DNA of 64,000 nt from Anaeromyxobacter sp. GTDB taxonomy: Bacteria > Myxococcota > Myxococcia > Myxococcales > Anaeromyxobacteraceae. Each line of letters opens with the position of its first letter. The stretch's first letter is position 1. The position numbers were made by a program, and so were the translations under genes. Under the pieces are notes generated by a model that saw nothing but the letters and a program-made list of their open reading frames with translations, ran no database searches and was not told the origin of the DNA. Positions 13,372 to 24,858 of the stretch are shown in pieces. The stretch is from contig JASGJN010000022.1 of NCBI GenBank assembly GCA_049840735.1, forward strand, positions 160,001 to 224,000, in the 5' to 3' direction.

Positions 13372-14449
13372 TCACCTCCCCTGCGCCGGGAAGGCGCGCT
13401 CCACCACCACCGCGCCCACCAGGATGGCGCCCACCAGGATGTACTTGTCGAAGGTGGGCGTGCCGGACATGCGCAGCCCCAGCTCCAGCACGGCGATCAC
13501 CAGGCAGCCCACGACGGTCCGGCCCACCGTCCCGGAGCCGCCGAACATCGAGGCCCCGCCGATCATCACCGCGGCGATGGCGTCGAGGAGGCTGGAGGCG
13601 CCGGCGTCGGCCTTGCCCGAGACGTACTTGAGCGCGTAGACCACCCCAGCCAGCGAGGCCAGCAGCGAGGAGAGGGCGTAGACGCCCAGCAGCCGCCGCC
13701 GAACCGGGATCCCGGCCCGGACCGCGGCGTCGCGGTTGCCGCCGATGGCGTACACGTGCCGCCCGAAGCGCGTGCGTGCCAGCAGGAACGCCAGCGCGGC
13801 CAGCACCAGCGCCGCCAGCACCACGATGGTGGGGACCAGCGCCAGCACCTCCACGCCGCGCTCCACCTCCGGGCGCCGGAAGAACGACACCTGCCCGCCC
13901 GGCGCCAGGTAGACGAGGTGGCCGCTGCCCAGGTCGGCCGCCAGCTGGGGCAGCCCCATGGCGTAGATGCCCTCGATCACCAGCTCGGAGACGCCGTGGC
14001 AGACGCCCAGCATGGAGAAGGTGGCGATGAAGGGCGGCACGTCCAGGTAGGCCACCAGCCAGCCGTTGACCAGCCCGGGCAGGAGCCCCAGCAAGAGCGT
14101 GACCACCACGCCGAGGAGCAGCGCCACCAGCGGCGGCGCGCCGTGGCCGGCCAGGCCGGAGATTACCTCGGTGGCCACGATTCGACGCGAAGCCCAGCAC
14201 GTAGCCCACCGAGAGGTCGATGCCGCCGGTGATGACCACGAACAGCTCGGCGGTGGCCAGCAGGAAGATCTCCACCCCGTAGAAGAGCAGGATCTGGGCC
14301 GAGTCCAGGCTGGCGAAGCCGGGCGTGGTGAAGGAGAACCAGGCCAGCTCCAGCCCCAGGAAGAGCAGCAGCCAGCGGCCGGCCAGCAGCGCCCGCGCCC
14401 GCGCGGCGGCCGAGGCGGCCGGGCCAGCCTGCAGCGCCGCGCCGCTCAT
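13372..14449 (-). CDS. Sugar ABC transporter permease (apparent +1 error at 14179-14183 GATTC)
   Basis: VVITGGIDLSVG, VPPFIAT, RTRFGRHVYAIGGN, IAAVMIGGAS. Confidence 0.9.
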
Positions 14450-15579
14450 GTGCCCGCCTCGAACAGGTCCGGGAAGAGCCGGTCGATCACCACCGCCAGG
14501 ATGAGCAGCACCCCCACCACGATGTAGCGGTAGAAGGGCTGCACGCCGGAGATGGCCAGCCCGTTCTCCATGAAGGCCAGCACCAGGACGCCCACCGCCG
14601 AGCCCAGGATGCGCCCCTTGCCGCCGGAGAGGCTGGCGCCGCCGATCACCACCGCGGCCACCGCGAACAGCTCGTACATGGCGCCGAAGGTGGTGTAGTT
14701 GCCGATGCCGGTCTGGAAGACGTTGAACACGCCGGCCAGGCCGGCCAGCGCCGAGGAGAGGACGTAGACCCGCACCAGGTGGCGGTCCACGTCGATGCCG
14801 GCGCGCACGGCCGCGTCCAGGCTGCCGCCGATCGCGTAGGTGTGCCGCCCGAAGCGGGCGCGGCGCAGCAGGAAGGCCAGCCCGCCCAGCACCACCCCGA
14901 CCAGCAGCAGCGAGCCGGGGACGGCGCGCACCAGCTCGCGCACGCGCGCGTCCGGGAACCCCTCCGGCTTGCCCAGGAAGGACACCCACTGGCCGGGCAG
15001 GATCCAGAGCAGGTAGCCGTTGCCGATGCGCGGCAGCTCCGGCGGGAGGCCCGCCACCGGGAAGCCCTCGCAGAGCCGGAGCGCCAGGCCGTTGGCCATC
15101 CCCCACATGCCCAGCGTGGCGATGAAGGGCGGCACCTTGAAGCGCGTGATCACCAGGCCGTTGACCAGGCCGGGCAAGAGCGAGAGCAGGAGCGCCGCGC
15201 CGGCGCCCAGCGCCATGGCCGCGCCGGGCGAGGCGCCGCCGGCCGCCAGCCGCTGCATCAGCGTGGCCGCCATCACCGAGGTGAGCCCGGCCACGAAGCC
15301 GACCGACAGGTCGATCCCGCCGGAGATGATGACGAACGTCTCCGCCGCCGCCAGCAGCAGGGGCAGGGTCTGCAGGTGGACCACGTTCTGGAAGTTGGCC
15401 AGGGAGAGGAAGCCCCTGCCCGTGATGCTGAAGACCACCAGCATCACGAGCAGGAAGCAGGCGGCCCAGTTGCGGGCCACGGCCCGCCCGGCGCCGGTGG
15501 CGAGCAGCCCCTCGGTCCAGCGCGCGCGGCCGGCGCGCGGCGGGCGGGCGGCGGTCCCACCGGCGGACGCGGCGGTCAT
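14446..15579 (-). CDS. Sugar ABC transporter permease (RbsC-like)
   Basis: IISGGIDLSVG, VPPFIATLG, FGRHTYAIGG, AAVVIGGASLSGG. Confidence 0.92.
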   Translation of the reverse strand: MTAASAGGTAARPPRAGRARWTEGLLATGAGRAVARNWAACFLLVMLVVFSITGRGFLSLANFQNVVHLQTLPLLLAAAETFVIISGGIDLSVGFVAGLTSVMAATLMQRLAAGGASPGAAMALGAGAALLLSLLPGLVNGLVITRFKVPPFIATLGMWGMANGLALRLCEGFPVAGLPPELPRIGNGYLLWILPGQWVSFLGKPEGFPDARVRELVRAVPGSLLLVGVVLGGLAFLLRRARFGRHTYAIGGSLDAAVRAGIDVDRHLVRVYVLSSALAGLAGVFNVFQTGIGNYTTFGAMYELFAVAAVVIGGASLSGGKGRILGSAVGVLVLAFMENGLAISGVQPFYRYIVVGVLLILAVVIDRLFPDLFEAGT

Positions 15580-15583
15580 GCGG

Positions 15584-16552
15584 CTACTTGTAGATGTACT
15601 GCTGCATCTTGGGGTCGTCCACGTTGGCCTTGGTGAAGAACTCGAAGCCCGGGATGATCTTCTTCGGCACCTTCACGCCCTTCCGGTCGGCCAGGTACTT
15701 CACGCCCCACTCCACCGCCAGCGAGCCCATCTCGGCCGGCTTCTGCGCCAGCACCAGGTCCACCTGTCCCTTCTACGCCGCGATCAGCTCCTGGGTGGCG
15801 TCCCAGGAGGCGATCTTCACCGCGCCGGTCAGGCCGGCGTTCACCACCGCCTGGTAGGAGCCCTGGGCCGAGAACACGTTGACGCCGAAGATGCCGGCGA
15901 TGTCCTTGTCCCGCTGCAGCGCGGCCAGGGTCTGCTCCTGCGCCTTCTGCTGCACGTCCTGGCACCACTCGACGCCGACCAGCGTCAGGCCCGCCTCGGC
16001 GGCGCCGGCCTTGAAGCCCTTCACGCGCCCGGCCACCGACGAGGTGTCCGGGTTGGTGGCCTGGACGAACACCTTGCCCTTGCCGCCGACCAGCTTGGCC
16101 AGGTGCAGCGCCATCTCCTTGCCGCCCAGCTCGTTGTCCGAGCCGATGTACGAGAGCGGGAAGTCGTAGTCGCTCTTCTTGCTGTAGTCGCCGTCGCCCA
16201 GGAACGTGTCGACCGTGATGATCTCGACGCCCTTGGCGTAGATGGCCTTGAGCGGCGCCTTGAGCGCGTCGGTCGAGGTGGGGGCGATGAGCAGCAGGTC
16301 GAACTTCTGCCGGTTGACGGTGGCCTGCAGGATGGGGATCTGGTTCTCGGGGCCCCAGGCCTTGGGGTACTCGGCCACCACCAGCTCGGCGCCGAGCGCC
16401 GCGGCCTTGGCCCGGATGCCCTTCTCCATCGTGAAGTAGAACGGGTCCGCCACGCCCGGCATGAAGAGGATCCTGGGCTTCGCGGCCTGCGCGGCCCCCG
16501 GCACCAGCGCGAGGCACAGCGCGAAGGCGAACGGCACGAGCAGCTTTCTCAT
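15584..16552 (-). CDS. Sugar ABC transporter substrate-binding protein (frameshift near 15773)
   Basis: Signal peptide MRKLLVPF..AQA; DPFY, IGSDNELGG; C-terminus VDLVLAQKPAEMG in another frame. Confidence 0.88.
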
Positions 16553-16779
16553 GGAAGTCTCCCCCGGCGGGATGGAGTCCGCGCCGCGGGGCGGAGCATC
16601 CCGCTTCCGCCGCAGCGCGGCCACACGCAGCTTTGCGGAGCCCCGGGTGTGACGGTGGGTGACGGGCGCCCCGCGGGACGTCCTTGGCCCCGTACACACC
16701 AGTAAGCGTGACTCCGCCCGGTCCGCGGCTTGTCGGCGTTCGGGTACACTGGGGGCCGCCACACGTACCGGGGGTCCGC

Positions 16780-18274
16780 ATGCTTCATCGCCTGCCGTGG
16801 TCCACCGCCTTTCTGGTCCTCGCCGCCTGCAACGCCTCCTCCGGCGGCAGCGGCCCGCCGCCCTGGACCGGCGACGATCCGCCTGCCACCTGCGCCGTCC
16901 CGGAGGCGCCTCGCGACGTCTCGGCCCCGGACCACGTGGTCGGCGACGGAACGCCCGGCAGCTGCACCGCCGCGGCGTTGCAGGCGGCCGCCACCGCGGG
17001 CGGGACCATCGTCTTCGACTGCGGGGCGGACCCGGTCACGGTGACAGTCGCCAGCCCCATCGTCTTCACCCGCGCGGCGGTGCTGGACGGCGGCGGGAAG
17101 GTCACGCTCTCCGGCGGCGGCGCCAGCCGCATCCTCTACCTGGACTCCGGCTACGACCAGGCCGGTCCGCGGCTGGTGGTGCAGCGGCTCACCCTCCGCG
17201 CCGGCCGCAGCCCGGCCGCGGGCGACGACACCGCCCGGGGCGGCGGCGCCATCTACCGCGACGGCGGCAGCCTCAGCGTCATCGACTGCGTCTTCCTGGA
17301 CAACCGCGCCCCGGCGTCCGGCCAGGACGTGGCCGGCGGCGCCATCTACGGCTTCGGCGGCGGCGAGACGGTCATCACCGGCTCGGTCTTCTCCGGCAAC
17401 CAGGGCTCCAACGGCGGCGCGGTGGGGAGCCTCAACGGCGACCTGACCATCGTGAACAGCGCCTTCGAGGACAACGCCGCCACCGGCTCGGGCGGCAACC
17501 CGGGCGACGGCGGGTGCGGCGGCGCCGTCTACATGGACGGCGGCGGCGAGGCCGCCACGCTCTGCGGCGTGTCACTCACCGGCAACCGCGCCGGCGCCAT
17601 CGGCGGCGCCTTCTTCCGCGTCTCCAACGACCACACCGGCACGCTGGCCATGGATCGCTGCACGGTGCACGGGAACACCGTCACCCCCTCCGACCGCGGC
17701 AACGCCGGCGGGCTCTACCTGGAGGGCCTGGCGCTCACCGTGACCCGCTCAACCATCTCCGGCAACCAGGCCTTCTACAACGGCGGCCTCTGGATCAACC
17801 GCGGCCAGGCGCAGCTCGCCAACGTGACCATCGCCGGCAACGTGGCCACCGGCTCCAACGGCGGCGGGCTCTGGCTGGGGAACGCTCCCGCCGGCGTGCT
17901 GCTCAACTGCACCATCGCCGACAACCACGCCATCGGGCAGGACCAGAATCGCCGGCGCCATCTTCGGCGGCGGCCTCTCGCTCAGGAACACCATCGTCTC
18001 CGGCAACACCGCCATGTGGGTCCCGGGCTGCAACGCCGTCCACGGCGACGGCGGCGGCAACGTGCAGTGGCCGGACGGCGCGCTCTGCGCCGCCGGCGCG
18101 GCGGTGGTCGATCCGCAGCTCTCCGCCCTGGCCGACAACGGCGGTCCCACCGCCACGCTGCTGCCGGCGGCGACCAGCCCGGCCCGCGCCCGGGGCACCG
18201 GCTGCCCCGCCACCGACCAGCGCGGCCAGGCGCGGGCGGAGCCCTGCACGGCAGGGGCGGTGGAGGTGCCGTGA
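16780..18274 (+). CDS. Beta-helix (pectin lyase-like/polymorphic membrane protein repeat) lipoprotein (apparent +1 error at 17946-17950 GAATC)
   Basis: Lipobox LAAC; repeated GGAI..FxxN motifs; C-terminal DPQLSALADNGGPT..TDQRG (choice-of-anchor-Q-like). Confidence 0.8.
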
Positions 18275-18307
18275 CTCGGGCGTTTGAGGTGCCGTGACTC
18301 GGGCGTT
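18263..18307. repeat. 22-bp tandem duplication spanning the stop codon
   Basis: GAGGTGCCGTGACTCGGGCGTT at 18263-18284 and 18286-18307. Confidence 0.9.
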
Positions 18308-18412
18308 GAGCACCACACACCAGGAGCGTCCACGCCTGGGCAACGTCCGTACGGTGCGGAGAGCGAGGGCCCGCATCAGCTGGCCCTCGCTGACCTTGAA
18401 CGCCTCGCTCTG

Positions 18413-18887
18413 CTACGCCGACGCAGCAGCCTTGGCAGGCGCTGAGGCAGCTTCCAGCTGGTTCTGGACAGCGCGCCGGAACGCGTCGGGCTCGCTGATG
18501 TTGGCGAACGGAGTCCGTGTGCTGCCCGTGCCGTTCACAACGATCGTTCCGTAGCCAAGGATACGGCCCAGGATCCCCTGGTTCACTGCAACGCCCTCGA
18601 CCTTCGTCAGCAGAGTCTCCAGCGACTGCCGCCGAATGAACCCCACCTTGATCATGACGCGCTTGCTGGTCACACCGAACTCTGCCGTGCTCATGCTGAG
18701 GTAGGCGATAGCCCCAGAGGCTGCCGCAACCGCGAGGCACAGAGACCCGAAGCCGTATGCGCCCATGGCGAACATTAGCAATCCGAAGGTGCCCCAGCCG
18801 ATTGCTCCTCGAAACTCGAATCCAGTGAAGCTTGGCTCGGTAGACGACCACTTCACCAATAGTGATATTCTCGTCGATATAGGACAA
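18413..18887 (-). CDS. Membrane protein with bacterial PH domain (YdbS/bPH_2-like; apparent +1 error at 18818-18822 GAATC)
   Basis: TTG start after GAGGGG; MSYIDENITIGEVVVYRAKLHW(I)EF.., EFGVTSKRVMIKVGFI, QGILGRILGYGTIVV; AT-richer codon usage. Confidence 0.8.
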
Positions 18888-19096
18888 GGGGTTCCCCTCG
18901 ATTGGGCGGCAGCGCCCTGGTTTGACCCAGCGTCGCATCGCCTGCGTCGGGCCGCCGTGACAGTGATCAATATTGCCATGCGCGCGGCCGTCCCGATGAC
19001 GTCGCGTGATGCAGGACCTGCGCTTCCTCAAGCGAACTCGAACTGGTGCTCGTACTCTTCGCCAGATCGCGAGGCGGTGCCTTGTTGCGTTGCCCG

Positions 19097-22000
19097 TCAC
19101 CCGCTCACCAGCAGCGCCACCGGAAACTCCTCCAGCAGCCCCGCCACCTGCAGCGCCTCGCCCTGATGCTCCGCCCCGGTGACCACGTCGCGCCAGCGGC
19201 CCGGCAGGCCGGGCAGCGGCAGCGTCCCCTCCCAGCGCGGCGCGCCGCCGCCCTGCTCGGCCAGCGCCAGCGTGAGCCGGGGGGCCACGCACAGCGCGGC
19301 CCGCCCCTGGTGCAGGCGGGCGAAGGCGAAGAGGTGCGCCGCGTGCGGCCCCGCCGCCGCCAGCGGCCGGTGCTCGCCGTGCAGGAAGAGCGCGCGATCG
19401 GCGGCGCGGGCGTGCAGCCCGCAGTGCAGCAGCAGCAGCTTGGCGCGCCCGTCCGGCAGCGCCCCCGGCGCCGACACCTCGCGCACCAGCGCCCGCCGCG
19501 CCTCCGGGCCCTGCGAGAGCCGCCCCTGCAGCGCCTCCAGCAGGTGCCGGCGGTGGTCGTAGTCCACCGGCCGGCGGTTGTCCGGGTCCACCAGGGACAG
19601 GTCCCACAGCTCGGTCCCTTGGTAGACGTCCGGCACGCCGGGCGCGAAGAGCTTCACCGCCACCTGCGAGAGCGAGTGGCGCCGCCCGGCCTGCGCGGCG
19701 CGGCCGGCCAGCGCCGCCAGCCCGTCCAGGAAGGGCCGCGAGGAGAGGGCCCGCGCCACGAAGGTCCGCACCGCGGCCTCGTACTCCTCGTCGGGGTTGG
19801 TCCAGCTGGTGTGCCGCTTCCCCTCGCGCAGCGCCTTCTGCATGTATTGCTGGATCCGCTCCACGAAGGCGGCGTGGTCGGGCGTGCCGGGCGCGAGCCC
19901 CTGGTCCGGGAAGGCGCCGATCAGCGTCTGGTAGAGCAGGTACTCGTCGCGGCGGTCCGGCGCGGTCCGCCCCTCCTTGCGCAGCGCGTGGGGGCGGTTC
20001 TGCCGCGACCAGCGGGTGAAGGCGGCGCGGAAGTCGCCGGGCAGCTCCGAGAGCGCGTCGATGCGCAGCCGGACGTCCTCGCTCCGCTTGGTGTCGTGCG
20101 TGGAGGTGGCGGAGAGCGAGCCGGGGAAGCGGGCCTGCCGGTCGGCCAGGAGCCCGTGCACCTCCCCCGGCGAGACGCCGAAGCGGCGCGGCTCGCCGCC
20201 CACCTCGTTGAGCGAGACCAGCCGCACGTAGCGGTAGAAGGTGGTGTCCTCCACCGCCTTGGCCGTCACCGGCCCGGTCACCTGCTGCAGCCGCAGCGAG
20301 AACTCCAGCCACTCGCGGCGGGCCTCGTCGGCCAGGCCGTCTGGGTAGCGCTGCAGGATCACGTCGCGGAGGAAGTCGTAGATGGAGGGGTCCACCACCG
20401 GGCTGCGCCGCCGCGCCCGGGCGATGGTGGCCTCCACGGTGGCCCGGTCGCGCTCCTCCACCTCGCCGCGGCGGGTGACGTAGGTCCGGTAGATGGGGAA
20501 CAGCGCCACGTACTCGACCAGCGCAGCGCTGAGCTCGTTGAGCGTGAAGTCGCGGGTGCGCCGGTCGGTCTCTGAGAGGCGCGAGAGCCGGTGGGCCAGC
20601 ATGTTGACCTCGCTCGACATCGAGGCCGACATGATGAGCCGCTTGGCCTCGGCGGCCACCTCGCGCGGATCCTCGCGCCCGCCGGCCACGCGCGCGTGGA
20701 GCGTGTCGAAGGCGCGCTCGGCGGCGGGATCCACGAAGAGGCCGTTCACCGCGGCCAGGAAGTCGTAGCCGGTGGTCCCGTCCACGTCCCAGCCGTCCGG
20801 CATGCGCTCGGGGTGGACCAGCACCTTCTCCACCACCACGTAGAGCGGCCGCAGCGGGAGCCGCCCCGCCTCCAGCTCGGCGAAGAGCCGCTCCAGCGCC
20901 CGCGCCTCGGCGGCCGCGTCCAGCGGCGCGCCCTCCGCCGCCGCCAGCAGGCGGACCCGCTCCAGCAGGTGCGAGGCCTGCAGCCGGCGGAAGTAGGCGG
21001 GCGGCACGTAGAGGCCGTCGGGGTGGTCGATGCGCAGGCCGGTGGCCTTGCCCTCGCGGATGAGCCCCAGCACCACCCGGTGCGCCTCGCCGAAGACCGC
21101 CGGGTCCTCCATCTTGAGCGCGGCCAGCCCGTTCACGTCGAAGAAGCGGCGGTAGTTGATCTCCTCGCCGGCCACGCGCCAGAAGGCGAGCCGGTAGGGC
21201 TGCGCGTCGAGCAGCGCCTGCAGCGCGTCGAAGGAGCGCGGCTCGCCCGGGGTGCCGTTGAGCGCGGCCACGTTGCCGTCCACGTGCGCGCGCACCGCCT
21301 CGCTGGCCTCGCAGACCGCGGCCAGCCGGCGCTTCGCCACCTCCTTCTCCCGGGCCCGCTCGGCCACCGACTCCGGCGTGGGCTCGTAGCGCGGGGCCAG
21401 CTTCTCCAGGGCGGAGCAGATCGACTCCAGCTCCTGCACGTGCGGGTCGTCCGGCCCGGCCGCCTCCCTGAGCGCGTCCAGCCGGAGCCGCAGCACCTGG
21501 GGCACCGAGCGCGGCGTGACCGGGAAGGCGTGGTCCCAGTAGCGGATCAGGAAGGCGCCGCCCTCGCGCCCGAGCTTCAGCTCGCCCCGCTCCAGCACGC
21601 GGCCGAACTGGTCGCCCAGCACCGGGATCAGCACCTTGCCGGCCAGCTCGGCCTTGATCGGCGCCCAGTCCACGTCGAAGGCCCGGGCGTGGATGGAGGC
21701 GCGGCCGTTCTCCAGCAGGTCCATCCACCAGGGGTTCTGCGGACCGATCCCCATGTGGTTGGGGACGTAGTCGAGCAGGATCCCCATGCCGCGCGCCGCG
21801 CAGGCCGCCGCCAGGCGCGCGTAGCCCTCCTCGCCGCCCAGCTCCGGGTTGATCCGGCCGTGGTCCACGACGTCGTACCCGTGCGTGGAGCCGGGCGCGG
21901 CGGCGAGGATGGGGGAGAGGTACAGGTCGGTGATGCCCAGCGCGTGCAGGTAGGGCACCACCGCGGCGGCGGCGTCGAACCCGAACCCGGCGTGGAGCTG

Positions 22001-22108
22001 CAGCCGGTAGGTGGAGGCGGGGCGCGGGGTGATCCCCTCGCCCCGCGTGAGCCCCCGCCTCAACGCCTCGAGCAGCGCCTCGATCCGGCCGACGTCGACC
22101 GCCCCCAC
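19097..22108 (-). CDS. treY: Malto-oligosyltrehalose synthase
   Basis: [70 protein letters not shown]. Confidence 0.96.
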   Translation of the reverse strand: MGAVDVGRIEALLEALRRGLTRGEGITPRPASTYRLQLHAGFGFDAAAAVVPYLHALGITDLYLSPILAAAPGSTHGYDVVDHGRINPELGGEEGYARLAAACAARGMGILLDYVPNHMGIGPQNPWWMDLLENGRASIHARAFDVDWAPIKAELAGKVLIPVLGDQFGRVLERGELKLGREGGAFLIRYWDHAFPVTPRSVPQVLRLRLDALREAAGPDDPHVQELESICSALEKLAPRYEPTPESVAERAREKEVAKRRLAAVCEASEAVRAHVDGNVAALNGTPGEPRSFDALQALLDAQPYRLAFWRVAGEEINYRRFFDVNGLAALKMEDPAVFGEAHRVVLGLIREGKATGLRIDHPDGLYVPPAYFRRLQASHLLERVRLLAAAEGAPLDAAAEARALERLFAELEAGRLPLRPLYVVVEKVLVHPERMPDGWDVDGTTGYDFLAAVNGLFVDPAAERAFDTLHARVAGGREDPREVAAEAKRLIMSASMSSEVNMLAHRLSRLSETDRRTRDFTLNELSAALVEYVALFPIYRTYVTRRGEVEERDRATVEATIARARRRSPVVDPSIYDFLRDVILQRYPDGLADEARREWLEFSLRLQQVTGPVTAKAVEDTTFYRYVRLVSLNEVGGEPRRFGVSPGEVHGLLADRQARFPGSLSATSTHDTKRSEDVRLRIDALSELPGDFRAAFTRWSRQNRPHALRKEGRTAPDRRDEYLLYQTLIGAFPDQGLAPGTPDHAAFVERIQQYMQKALREGKRHTSWTNPDEEYEAAVRTFVARALSSRPFLDGLAALAGRAAQAGRRHSLSQVAVKLFAPGVPDVYQGTELWDLSLVDPDNRRPVDYDHRRHLLEALQGRLSQGPEARRALVREVSAPGALPDGRAKLLLLHCGLHARAADRALFLHGEHRPLAAAGPHAAHLFAFARLHQGRAALCVAPRLTLALAEQGGGAPRWEGTLPLPGLPGRWRDVVTGAEHQGEALQVAGLLEEFPVALLVSG

Positions 22109-22156
22109 CCCGCCTCCCCCCGCCGATCCAGCGCGCCGCCCTGCGGCGCCCGCCCG

Positions 22157-23727
22157 CTACGGGCGACCCTGCGGGACCCGGCGGTGGCGGACGGACAGCG
22201 CGAGCAGCCGCTCGCGCGTGGCCTTGTCCGCGGCCAGGGCCGCGCAGTCCATCGGCATCCGGTACGTCCAGTTCTGGTCGGTGACCGTGCCCGGCACGTT
22301 CACCCGCTCGCGCGCGCCGAGCAGGTCCTGGAACGGCACCAGGGCCAGGTCGGAGCCGGCGCCGTAGATCATCTCCAGCAGCGCGTCGCGCACGCCCGTG
22401 TCGAAGGTCTTCGCGTCGCGGGCGCGGAGCGCCTCGAGCTGCGGCAGCTGGTGCATCGAGCGCCGCTCGTGCTCGGGCAGCGCGTCGTACCAGTCGGCGA
22501 CGGAGTCGGTGTCGTGGGTGCCGGTGGTGGCCACCGAGACGGCCGGCCACTTGGCCGGATCACGCCAGGGCTCGCCGGGGAGGTTGTAGTCCTTCTCCCA
22601 GCGCTGCACGCGGTAGCCGGGGATGCGGAGCCGCTCCAGGGAGTGGCGGACGAAGTCCGGCACCACGCCCAGGTCCTCGGCCACCACCGTGGCGCCCTCG
22701 GAGCAGATGCCCAGCACGGCCTCGCCGTTGCGCAGCTGCGCCGGCTCGTTGTCCGGCACGAAGCGGGCCGGGCCGCCGTCGTTCGGGAAGTGATAGGTCC
22801 GGTAGATGCCCACCACGTGGTCCACGCGGTAGAGGTCGTACAGGTCCGCCATGCGGCGGGCCCGCTCGCGGATCCACGGGTAGCCCTCGGCCGACATCTT
22901 GTCCCAGCGGTAGACCGGGAGCCCCCAGTCCTGGCCGGTGGGGCTGAAGGCGTCGGGCGGCACGCCCACGCGGGCGTCGAGCCGGAAGTCCTCGCGGCGG
23001 GCCCAGACGTCGGCGGAGTCGCTGGCCACCATGAAGGGCAGGTCGCCGCCCAGCTGCACGCCGTGGCCGTTGGCCTCGCGGCGCGCCGCGCGCCACTGCT
23101 CCTCGCCCACCCACTGCAGCCAGGTCTGGAAGAGGATCTCGCGCGAGTGGCGGGCGCGGGCGTCGGCCAGCGCAGCCGCGTCGCGATCGCGCAGCGGGGC
23201 CGGCCAGTCCAGCCAGCCGCGGCCGGCGAACTCGCGGTCGTGCAGCGCCACGAACAGCGTGTACTCCTGCAGCCAGGAGGCCTCGTCGCGGGCGAAGAGC
23301 TCCAGGCTCCTGGCGCGCGCGGTCTTCTTGCTCCACTCCTCCTTCTCGAACCGGTCGAAGGCGATCTGGAAGGCGCGGAGCTTCAGCGCGCGGACCTCGT
23401 CCCAGCGCACCTGCGGCGCGGCGCGGACCGCGGCCAGCCGCTTCCGCTCGTCGGCGGTGAGCGCGTCCTCGCCGCCCGCCTTGCGGAAGTCCTCCAGCGC
23501 GGCCGGCGAGACGTAGACCGGGTCGAGCGCGAAGGCGGAGAGCGCGCCGTACGGGCTGGTCTGGCCGCGCGAGGCCTCGTTCACCGGCAGCAACAGCACC
23601 AGCGAGAGACCCGAGTCCTTCGCCCAGCGGGTGAAGGGGACGAGATGGGGATCTCGCCGACGCCCCAGTCGGACTTGGAGCGGAGGGAGAAGAGGGGGAG
23701 GAGGACGCCTGCCTGGCGGGTGGTCAT
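22157..23727 (-). CDS. malQ: 4-alpha-glucanotransferase (apparent -1 error at 23644-23646)
   Basis: AGVLLPLFSL, SPYGALSAFA, GDLPF, GVPPDAFSPTGQDWGLP, YRVDHVVG, VAEDLG, TGTHDT, NVPGT. Confidence 0.93.
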
Positions 23728-23840
23728 GGGCGCGTAACCTGTTGGAGTTCCACCCCGCCCACAAGTTCGGTCTTGTGGCGCGAGGGGGCACCGGGATATC
23801 AGACTCGGCGCCCTGAAGGCACCCATCTTTCGAGGGGACG

Positions 23841-24812
23841 ATCACGACCACCCGCGGCCGCTTCGCCCCGTCTCCGACCGGCCCGCTCCACCTCGGCAAC
23901 GCCCGCACAGCGCTCCTCTCCTGGCTGTCCGCGCGCGCGCAGGGTGGCGTCTACCTCATGCGCGTCGAGGACCTGGACGGACCGCGGGTCCGCCCCGGGC
24001 TCGAGACGGCCATCCTGGAGGAGCTGAGGTGGCTGGGGCTGGACTGGGACGAGGGGCCGGACGTGGGCGGCCCATGGGCCCCCTACCGGCAGTCGGAGCG
24101 GCTCCCGCGGTACCGTGACGCACTGGACGTGCTGAGGCGCGCAGGGCGCGCCTATCCCTGCTTCTGCTCGCGCGCCGAGATCGCCGCGGTGTCGCAGGCG
24201 CCGCACGGGCCATCGGACGAGGGGCCCCGCTACCCGGGCACCTGCCGTGACCTCTCGGCCGAGGAGGTGGCGCGGCGCTCGGCCGCGCGCCGCCCTGCCT
24301 GGCGTTTCCGGGTGCCGGACGGGGAGGTGTCCTTCGAGGACGGCGTGCACGGGCCGCGGACCCACGACGTCGCGGCCGAGACCGGCGACTTCGTGATCAT
24401 GCGCGCCGACGGGGTGCCGGCCTACCAGCTCGCGGTGGTGGTGGACGACGCCGCCATGGAGGTGAGCGAGGTGGTGCGCGGCGACGACCTGCTCCCGTCC
24501 ACCGCGCGGCAGCTGCTGCTGTACCGCGCGCTCGGCCTGCCCGAGCCGCGCTTCGCCCACGTGCCGCTGGTGGTGGGGGAGGACGGGACGCGGCTCGCGA
24601 AGCGGCACGGCGCGCTCTCGCTGGGCGAGCTGCGCGCCCGCGGCGCCGATCCCCGCCGCGTGGCCGGCCTGCTGGCCCACGCCTCCGGCCTGACCCAGGA
24701 CGCCGGGCCGGTGGAGCCGAGGGCGCTGGTGGAGGGGTTCGCAGTGGGGCGGCTCCCGAGAGGGCCAGCGCAGCTCGCGAAGGCGGAGGTGGAGGGGCTG
24801 CTGGAACCGTGA
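23841..24812 (+). CDS. gluQ: Glutamyl-Q tRNA(Asp) synthetase
   Basis: GRFAPSPTGPLHLGN upstream of the listed ATG, RVEDLD, AYQLAVVVDD, VVRGDDLL, RLAKRHG; short, no anticodon domain; start codon uncertain. Confidence 0.9.
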   Translation: MTTTRGRFAPSPTGPLHLGNARTALLSWLSARAQGGVYLMRVEDLDGPRVRPGLETAILEELRWLGLDWDEGPDVGGPWAPYRQSERLPRYRDALDVLRRAGRAYPCFCSRAEIAAVSQAPHGPSDEGPRYPGTCRDLSAEEVARRSAARRPAWRFRVPDGEVSFEDGVHGPRTHDVAAETGDFVIMRADGVPAYQLAVVVDDAAMEVSEVVRGDDLLPSTARQLLLYRALGLPEPRFAHVPLVVGEDGTRLAKRHGALSLGELRARGADPRRVAGLLAHASGLTQDAGPVEPRALVEGFAVGRLPRGPAQLAKAEVEGLLEP

Positions 24813-24858
24813 CCCTGATCTCCGCCTTCCCTTGAAGGGACCCATTTCACGGACGGTC

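Noticed and set aside
17982..22550. Very long alternative ORFs (1522 aa here; also 28363-33567, 20591-23737 and many others)
   Set aside because: Arg/Gly/Pro-rich shadow frames of real genes, expected from stop-codon scarcity at high GC
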